Assembly (NCBI GenBank): GCA_964480275.1
Contig: CAYZOC010000001.1
Coordinates: 1-63,538 of the forward strand
Source: an uncultured Staphylococcaceae bacterium
GTDB lineage: Bacteria > Bacillota_I > Bacilli_A > RFN20 > CAG-826
DNA: 63,538 nucleotides
Reading direction: 5' to 3'
Part shown: positions 56,723 to 63,538 of the stretch, piece after piece
Numbering within the stretch: the stretch's first letter is position 1
How the letters are laid out: each line of letters begins with the position of its first letter
Notes under the pieces: model-generated
What the model was told of the DNA's origin: nothing
What the model saw: only the letters and a program-made list of their open reading frames with translations
The model's database searches: none
Position numbers and translations under genes: made by a program

Positions 56723-57622
56723 ATGAAAATTAGATTAATCGGATTAGGAAAGATGGGCCTAAATATTGCCCTAAATATGATGGATCATGGCCACGATGTT
56801 GTGGCTTATGCACCAAGTGAAAAAACAAGAACTACGTCCCGTGGTCATGGAATTAATGTTGTTGATGATATTAAGACGCTGATGCAGAGCGAGAAAGGTG
56901 AACGGGTCATCGTTTGGCTGCTAGTGCCAAATAGTGTTGTTGATACAGTAATTGATCAAGTTGTTCCTTACCTAAGCGAACACGATATCATTATTGACGC
57001 TGGTAATTCTAGATATAATCGTTCAATTACTCGTTACCAAAAACTTAAAGAGATGAATATTGACTTTATTGATTTAGGCACTTCTGGTGGCATGAGTGGC
57101 GCTCGTAATGGGGCTTGTTTAATGGCCGGTGGTGAAGATGAAGTTATTAAACATGTTGAACAAGTATTTTTTGATGTGGCCACCAAGGATGGCTATGCTC
57201 ATGTAGGACGCCCTGGCAGCGGACACTATGTCAAAATGGTCCATAATGGCATTGAGTATGGGATGATGCAGGCAATTGGTGAAGGTTTTGATTTCATGGA
57301 ACAAAGTGATTTTGAACTTGATTTCCGTCAAATTGCTCATTTGTGGAACAATGGTTCAATCATTGAATCTGCCTTGATAGGAAATATTGAAGATGCATTT
57401 ACTAAAGATCCAAAACTAGATGATATTAGTGGCATCATTGACGATAGTGGTGAAGGAAAATGGATGATTGAAGAAGCCCTTGATGGTAAAGTTTCAATCC
57501 CAGTCATTACCCAAGCATTATTTGCGCGTTTTAAATCAAAAGACGAACATAAATTCAGTGAAAAAGTAGTTGCTAGTATGCGAAAGGAATTTGGCGGTCA
57601 TGCCACTTACAAGAAAAAGTAA
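56723..57622 (+). CDS. gnd: 6-phosphogluconate dehydrogenase (decarboxylating), short ~300-aa form
   Basis: Contains the Rossmann motif IGLGKMGLNIALN, plus GNS.Y, GTSGG and HYVKMVHNGIEYG. Confidence 0.88.
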   Translation: MKIRLIGLGKMGLNIALNMMDHGHDVVAYAPSEKTRTTSRGHGINVVDDIKTLMQSEKGERVIVWLLVPNSVVDTVIDQVVPYLSEHDIIIDAGNSRYNRSITRYQKLKEMNIDFIDLGTSGGMSGARNGACLMAGGEDEVIKHVEQVFFDVATKDGYAHVGRPGSGHYVKMVHNGIEYGMMQAIGEGFDFMEQSDFELDFRQIAHLWNNGSIIESALIGNIEDAFTKDPKLDDISGIIDDSGEGKWMIEEALDGKVSIPVITQALFARFKSKDEHKFSEKVVASMRKEFGGHATYKKK

Positions 57623-58979
57623 GAACATAATCATTGTTATTTTTGGTGCAACCGGTGATTTAACTGCTCGTAAGCTTTTACCTGCTTTATCTAACCTTTA
57701 TAGTGAAGACTATCTTCCAGAAAATAGTCGTGTCATTGCGCTTGGAAGACGAGATTTTGATAACAGTAGTTATATCGATTTTGTTAAAAACAAAAATGAT
57801 AAACAAGGTAACCTTGATCTACTACAGGATTTTGTCAGCTATAAGAAAATTGATATTCTCGATGACAAAGCTTATGATGATCTACGGAAAACAGTCGATG
57901 AACTCAGTAATGAAAAAACACTACGATTATTTTATCTAGCTGTCGCGCCTGATCTTTTTATTCCTATTACTAATAGTCTTGCCACAAATCGAGTCGCGCT
58001 TAAAGCTAACGCAAATCATTTACTAGCATTTGAAAAACCTTTTGGCAAAGATTTAAATAGCGCTAAAGAAATTAACGCGCTACTTGAAAAACACTTTACT
58101 GAAAAACAAATATATCGCATTGATCATTATTTAGGTAAAGAGATGATCCAAAATATATTAACTGTTCGCTTTGCAAATCGTTTGCTTTCAACAAATTGGA
58201 ACAAAGATAACATTGAAATGGTTAAAATTTACGCCAAAGAAAATGAGGGCATTCTCGATCGTGGTGCTTATTATGATGAAAACGGCGCTCTTCGCGATGT
58301 CGTCCAAAATCATCTTCTACAAATAGTGTCGCTTATCGGTGTCGAACAGCCAAAAAGTTTAAAAAGTGATGATGTCAAAAGCGAAAAAGTTAAAGTGTTG
58401 GAAAATATTTCAGTTGATTATGCCCATTCTTTGCTTGGCCAATATCAAGGTTATGGCTTAGAAAAGCACGTTAAATCAGGTTCAAACACCGAAACACTGG
58501 CGTTTATTAAACTGTTTGTTAATACTCCCCAGTTTAGCGGCGTACCCTTTTATTTGTTTGCCGGTAAAAAGCTCGATGAAAAACGGGCTTCAATCGAAAT
58601 TGTTTTCAAAAAGACCGACTTACAGGACAAGCGGAAAATCAAAGGAGAACACGATAAACTTATTATTGATATTTCTCCGGAGTCTAGTGTTAGATTAGTC
58701 ATCAATGGAAAAGAACCCGGATTTGAACACAAATTAAGTCAAGTCGGGCTTGAATATTGTTACTCATGTCAATTCCCGAATAACGTTAAAGAAGCCTATG
58801 AAAAGTTATTTCTTGATATGTTTAAATCAAGCAAGACATTATTTACCCGTTGGGATGAAATCGAACTTGCTTGGAAAGTAATCGACGACATCAAAGCTAA
58901 TGTCAAAATGATGATTAATTATAAAGATAACGAGCAAGTAATGGAAAGAATAAGGATATTAAATCATGACAATTTATGA
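57600..58979 (+). CDS. zwf: glucose-6-phosphate 1-dehydrogenase
   Basis: Contains IFGATGDLTARKL, RIDHYLGKE and the VQNHLLQ motif. Start at ATG 57600 overlaps the end of gnd by 23 nt. Confidence 0.93.
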   Translation: MPLTRKSKNIIIVIFGATGDLTARKLLPALSNLYSEDYLPENSRVIALGRRDFDNSSYIDFVKNKNDKQGNLDLLQDFVSYKKIDILDDKAYDDLRKTVDELSNEKTLRLFYLAVAPDLFIPITNSLATNRVALKANANHLLAFEKPFGKDLNSAKEINALLEKHFTEKQIYRIDHYLGKEMIQNILTVRFANRLLSTNWNKDNIEMVKIYAKENEGILDRGAYYDENGALRDVVQNHLLQIVSLIGVEQPKSLKSDDVKSEKVKVLENISVDYAHSLLGQYQGYGLEKHVKSGSNTETLAFIKLFVNTPQFSGVPFYLFAGKKLDEKRASIEIVFKKTDLQDKRKIKGEHDKLIIDISPESSVRLVINGKEPGFEHKLSQVGLEYCYSCQFPNNVKEAYEKLFLDMFKSSKTLFTRWDEIELAWKVIDDIKANVKMMINYKDNEQVMERIRILNHDNL

Positions 58980-59589
58980 TGTAACTATGCCAATCCACCC
59001 AAATATGCAGGTGTATAAAAATAAAGATGAAAAACGGCCCTTTTTTACTAGTGATAGCAAGATTGAAAATGGTGATGCGAGCAATGAATTGCGTTTAAGC
59101 ATCAATATGCATACAGGTACTCATCTGGATATGCCCCTTCATATGCTAAAGGATGGAAAAAATAGCAACAGTCTAGTTCTTAATCGACTAATTACTCCTG
59201 TCGATGTTTATGATCTCACCCATGTATCTGGTCTAATTACTAAAAATGATTTAGTAAAACTTAATATCAAAAAGCACGCAAGTGTGCTATTTAAAACCAA
59301 AAACAGTTTCAGTGATGACTTTGATTTTAACTTTGTCGCTGTTGCCATGGATGCCGCTGATTATTTGGCATCGCTTAGTGTAAATTTGGTCGGTGTTGAT
59401 GGCCTTGGAATCGAACGCGGTCAACAAGGTCATCCTACGCATAAGACACTAATGAATAATGATATATATATCGTTGAGGGACTAAGATTAAAAGATATAG
59501 CTGAAGGTGCCTACATGATGTATGCACTGCCACTCAAAACAATGGAAACAGATGCACTACTTCTAAGTGTGATCTTGACTCGTGAATAA
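58966..59589 (+). CDS. putative-cyclase-family metal hydrolase (kynurenine formamidase-like)
   Basis: Contains HTGTHLDMPLH and a VEGL-type C-terminal motif. Overlaps the end of zwf by 14 nt. Confidence 0.7.
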   Translation: MTIYDVTMPIHPNMQVYKNKDEKRPFFTSDSKIENGDASNELRLSINMHTGTHLDMPLHMLKDGKNSNSLVLNRLITPVDVYDLTHVSGLITKNDLVKLNIKKHASVLFKTKNSFSDDFDFNFVAVAMDAADYLASLSVNLVGVDGLGIERGQQGHPTHKTLMNNDIYIVEGLRLKDIAEGAYMMYALPLKTMETDALLLSVILTRE

Positions 59590-59590
59590 A

Positions 59591-60187
59591 ATGAAAAAAA
59601 TTGTTGTCGCAACAAATAATTTAAATAAACTTTATGAGTATAAATCACTACTTAAAGGTAGTGAATTTGAAATTGTCTCACTTAAAGACATTGGTCTAAG
59701 TGGCGATATTCCGGAAAATGGCTCTACTTTTAGTGAAAACGCAGTTGAAAAGGCGCTTTTTGTTGCTAAGAAAACTACACTACCAATCATTGCTGATGAT
59801 TCAGGACTTGTCGTCAACGCCCTGGATGGGTTTCCTGGTATTTACTCACGCCGTTTTATGGAAAATCAAAGTTATGAGATTAAAAACCAAGAAATAATTA
59901 ATCGACTTCAAGAATTTAGTGATAAAAGTGCAAAATTTGTTGCTTCAATCGCACTAGTTAACTACGAAAAGTTCCCCCAAGTATTTACGGGAGAAGTTAA
60001 GGGTCTAATCGTTGAACAAGCAAAAGGCACAAATGGATTTGGTTATGATCCAATTTTCTATGTGCCTAAACTAGAAAAAACATTAGCTGAAGCTAGTGAC
60101 GAAGAAAAAAACGCAGTTTCTCATCGCGCAGTCGCCTTAAAAGCATTAATTGACTTTCTTAATTCCACTCCGCAATCAGTCGATTAA
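59591..60187 (+). CDS. rdgB: RdgB/HAM1-family non-canonical purine NTP pyrophosphatase
   Basis: Contains VVATNN..K..E, DDSGL, GFGYDPIF and SHR. The ATG is 1 nt after the cyclase stop. Confidence 0.9.
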   Translation: MKKIVVATNNLNKLYEYKSLLKGSEFEIVSLKDIGLSGDIPENGSTFSENAVEKALFVAKKTTLPIIADDSGLVVNALDGFPGIYSRRFMENQSYEIKNQEIINRLQEFSDKSAKFVASIALVNYEKFPQVFTGEVKGLIVEQAKGTNGFGYDPIFYVPKLEKTLAEASDEEKNAVSHRAVALKALIDFLNSTPQSVD

Positions 60188-60563
60188 TAATTGGTTTGTC
60201 TGCTGGTAAAAAATCAAGTTTAGCAAGTTGGGTTCTATCAAAGAAGCCCGCTTTTTTATGGACGAAAAGTCCCGCTATTTCATTATCAGTTTTACATTTA
60301 TAAGTATTCATCTTTAATATGAAAGTCTCATATTCATATTCGACATGCATAAAAAATTTTACATCAAAGACATCAAGTCCAAGTTCTTCTTTTAGTTCAC
60401 GTACTAGTGCCTGTTCATCACTTTCCCCAGGTTCTAACTTTCCCCCAGGGAATTCCCATTTATTTAGCATAAATCCATCTTCACTACGCATCGCGGCAAA
60501 GATTTTATCGTTTTTATAAATAATCGCGGCAACAACATTTTTTATCTTCTTATTTTCATTCAT
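60159..60563 (-). CDS. NUDIX hydrolase (MutT-like (d)NTP pyrophosphohydrolase)
   Basis: The Nudix box reads GGKLEPGESDEQALVRELKEELGL. Start at ATG 60563, after GAGG. The 3' end overlaps the convergent rdgB by 29 nt. Confidence 0.85.
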   Translation of the reverse strand: MNENKKIKNVVAAIIYKNDKIFAAMRSEDGFMLNKWEFPGGKLEPGESDEQALVRELKEELGLDVFDVKFFMHVEYEYETFILKMNTYKCKTDNEIAGLFVHKKAGFFDRTQLAKLDFLPADKPIINRLIAEWN

Positions 60564-60743
60564 AACAAACCTCAAGTAGATGGTAATAACTTTTAGTATT
60601 ATAACACTATTTTGACAATAATACGGTCTGATAATTCGAGATTAAATTACCGAAAAACATAAATATTTAGTATTATTACTCGTAATAATGATAAAAAGTA
60701 GTATAATAATTGTGGCGTTTAATTAATTTTATGAGGAGGATAA

Positions 60744-62045
<1,302 letters not shown>

Positions 62046-62066
62046 TTTTATCAATTCTAAAATACG

Positions 62067-62097
62067 AGCCTTAAGTTAATTCTTAAGGCTTTTTTTA
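62067..62097 (+). terminator. eno terminator
   Basis: agccttaag-ttaatt-cttaaggct, a 9-bp stem followed by T7. Confidence 0.75.
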
Positions 62098-62255
62098 CTC
62101 AACTGAATCTTAATTAGCATTACTCATATAATTTTTAATTGATTATATGTCAGTTATTTTTATGATTATGTTTTAAAAAATGACTATGCTTTTAATTTTA
62201 ATTAAAATTGATATAAAATGTAAAAGTATAGTAAAATTTAGTTAAGGAGAATCAT

Positions 62256-63104
62256 ATGGGTGGATTGCTTGAAGGTCTAAACATTGTTGAGATAATTTTA
62301 GAAGGTTTAGGACAAATTAACTATGTTTTTGATGTAATAATTATTCTTGCCCTAATACCCGCACTAATTGGCGCTGCTCGCCGTAGCATTATTAAAACAG
62401 CTTTTAAATTTTTAACATATGGCCTTGTTTTTATGTTCGCCATTATTTATATCGATCGAATTACTGACTACGTTGGCAATAACTTCCTAACACTTATCGG
62501 CATGCAAGTCTCCCTTACTTATGATGGAAACACGGTCGCTGCCACTAGTCTATTTGAATTGTTCAACACATTATTTGAACATGACACCAGCGTTTCGCCA
62601 GAGTTTATTGATGGTTTAACTTTTACCGTTGTTAAAAATGTAACTTGGATAATTATTTATCCTCTTCTTACAACAATCTCTTATATCCTAACGACAATTT
62701 TATGGATAATTATCACACTATTTATGCCACGTGCATTACGTAAAAAAATCAAATCACTCAAACTAAAAGCACTAAACCTACCATTAGCCGCGGTATTTTC
62801 ACTAATACTTGCTCTGTTAATGATTAGTCCTTATGTTAACTTAAGTAGTGCCCTCAAGGATGTCGTCGTCGAACCAGAGAGTCCAATTTCATTTATATCC
62901 GCTAGTTATAGCGGTGTCCTTGCATGGTTTACACCAGAAAAATCATTCATTCTGAAATCACTAGACGTGATAAAAATACCACAATTATTCGTCTTTTTTG
63001 ATACTTTTAGTGTTACACAAGGGACAGTGGTAACAGAATATAATTTTATTGAAGAGTTACAAGGAATTATTAATCGGGTCGGTGCCATCACACCTCAGTC
63101 TTAG
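62256..63104 (+). CDS. hypothetical membrane protein, CvpA-like N-terminus
   Basis: Four to five TM helices. The N-terminal FDVIIILALIPALIGAARRSIIKTAF resembles the CvpA family. Strong RBS AAGGAG. Confidence 0.4.
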   Translation: MGGLLEGLNIVEIILEGLGQINYVFDVIIILALIPALIGAARRSIIKTAFKFLTYGLVFMFAIIYIDRITDYVGNNFLTLIGMQVSLTYDGNTVAATSLFELFNTLFEHDTSVSPEFIDGLTFTVVKNVTWIIIYPLLTTISYILTTILWIIITLFMPRALRKKIKSLKLKALNLPLAAVFSLILALLMISPYVNLSSALKDVVVEPESPISFISASYSGVLAWFTPEKSFILKSLDVIKIPQLFVFFDTFSVTQGTVVTEYNFIEELQGIINRVGAITPQS

Positions 63105-63492
63105 TTAATATATTCAATACTTTATCAAAATCAGTCGATAACGGATAATTTTTATAGTCACTTATTTTTATAAAAAAAGCCTCGCCTTCACTTGATGAAA
63201 TCAAATCACCCACAAATTCATTTGTCTTAAATAAATATGCGATTTCGCATATTTTTTTATCATCGTTAGTCCAAATTATTTTTCCTAAGTACCGCGGACG
63301 CTTAATATTTAAACCTGTTTCTTCGTTGACCTCGCGAACGACGCTATCAAAAAGTGTTTCATCATGTTCAAGATGTCCGCCAGGAAATGTTAGGCCTGGC
63401 CAATCACTTTTTGTTCGGTTGATTACCAGCATCTCATCTTGTTGATTGGTAATCATACACATGTTAGTTTTTATCAATTTATAATTTTTCAT
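63088..63492 (-). CDS. NUDIX hydrolase
   Basis: The Nudix box reads GGHLEHDETLFDSVVREVNEETGL. Confidence 0.85.
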   Translation of the reverse strand: MKNYKLIKTNMCMITNQQDEMLVINRTKSDWPGLTFPGGHLEHDETLFDSVVREVNEETGLNIKRPRYLGKIIWTNDDKKICEIAYLFKTNEFVGDLISSSEGEAFFIKISDYKNYPLSTDFDKVLNILTKTEV

Positions 63493-63538
63493 AAATTTAT
63501 GTTAGCAAAATATGTCCAACTATTCATTAATTATATTA

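Noticed and set aside
60159-60187. The 29-nt convergent overlap of rdgB and the NUDIX gene as a regulatory antisense arrangement
   Set aside because: Short convergent 3' overlaps occur repeatedly in this compact genome (also at 38913-38916, 40298-40301 and 63088-63104). It is most simply explained by gene packing.
62125-62209. AT-only inverted repeats upstream of the CvpA-like gene: catataat/attatatg at 62125-62149, and the 16-bp palindrome aattttaattaaaatt at 62194-62209
   Set aside because: They consist purely of A/T in a very AT-rich intergenic region, where such dyads are expected by chance. There is no supporting context.

Overview
This is a low-GC (roughly mid-30s % by eye) Bacillota/Mollicutes-like chromosomal segment. 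It uses the standard genetic code: the ORFs are full length with TGG Trp, so no TGA recoding is needed. Coding density is very high, with many 1-20 nt gene overlaps, and from 325 to 36859 nearly every gene is on the minus strand. Most genes are housekeeping and fall into two blocks whose order I recognise from memory of Bacillus subtilis. The first is thiI-nifZ-ezrA / rpsD / tyrS / ccpA-like ... trmB, pepV, coaX, leuS. The second is rpmB / rpe-rsgA-prkC-prpC-rlmN-rsmB ... priA-gmk / rqcH. Between these blocks lie an ABC-2 exporter, glgC-glgD-glgA, and the standout feature of the window. That feature is a tightly coupled three-gene operon (21672-27114, minus strand) with MukF-MukE-MukB / Wadjet JetA-JetB-JetC architecture. 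It comprises a 475-aa kleisin-sized protein, a 213-aa acidic-tailed protein and a 1125-aa SMC-like ATPase. It ends at a terminator with no JetD/MksG-type nuclease gene. The rest of the window carries a reduced addB-addA operon with an unknown third gene, glpK, pepP, an Mrp-type ATPase, yigZ, a CPBP protease, a TraX-family protein and trxA. It also carries tRNA-Asp and tRNA-Gly, a gnd-zwf-cyclase-rdgB operon, two NUDIX genes and eno. I found no CRISPR array, transposase, integrase, rRNA gene or long repeat. All product calls come from motif recognition and remembered synteny, not from database searches.
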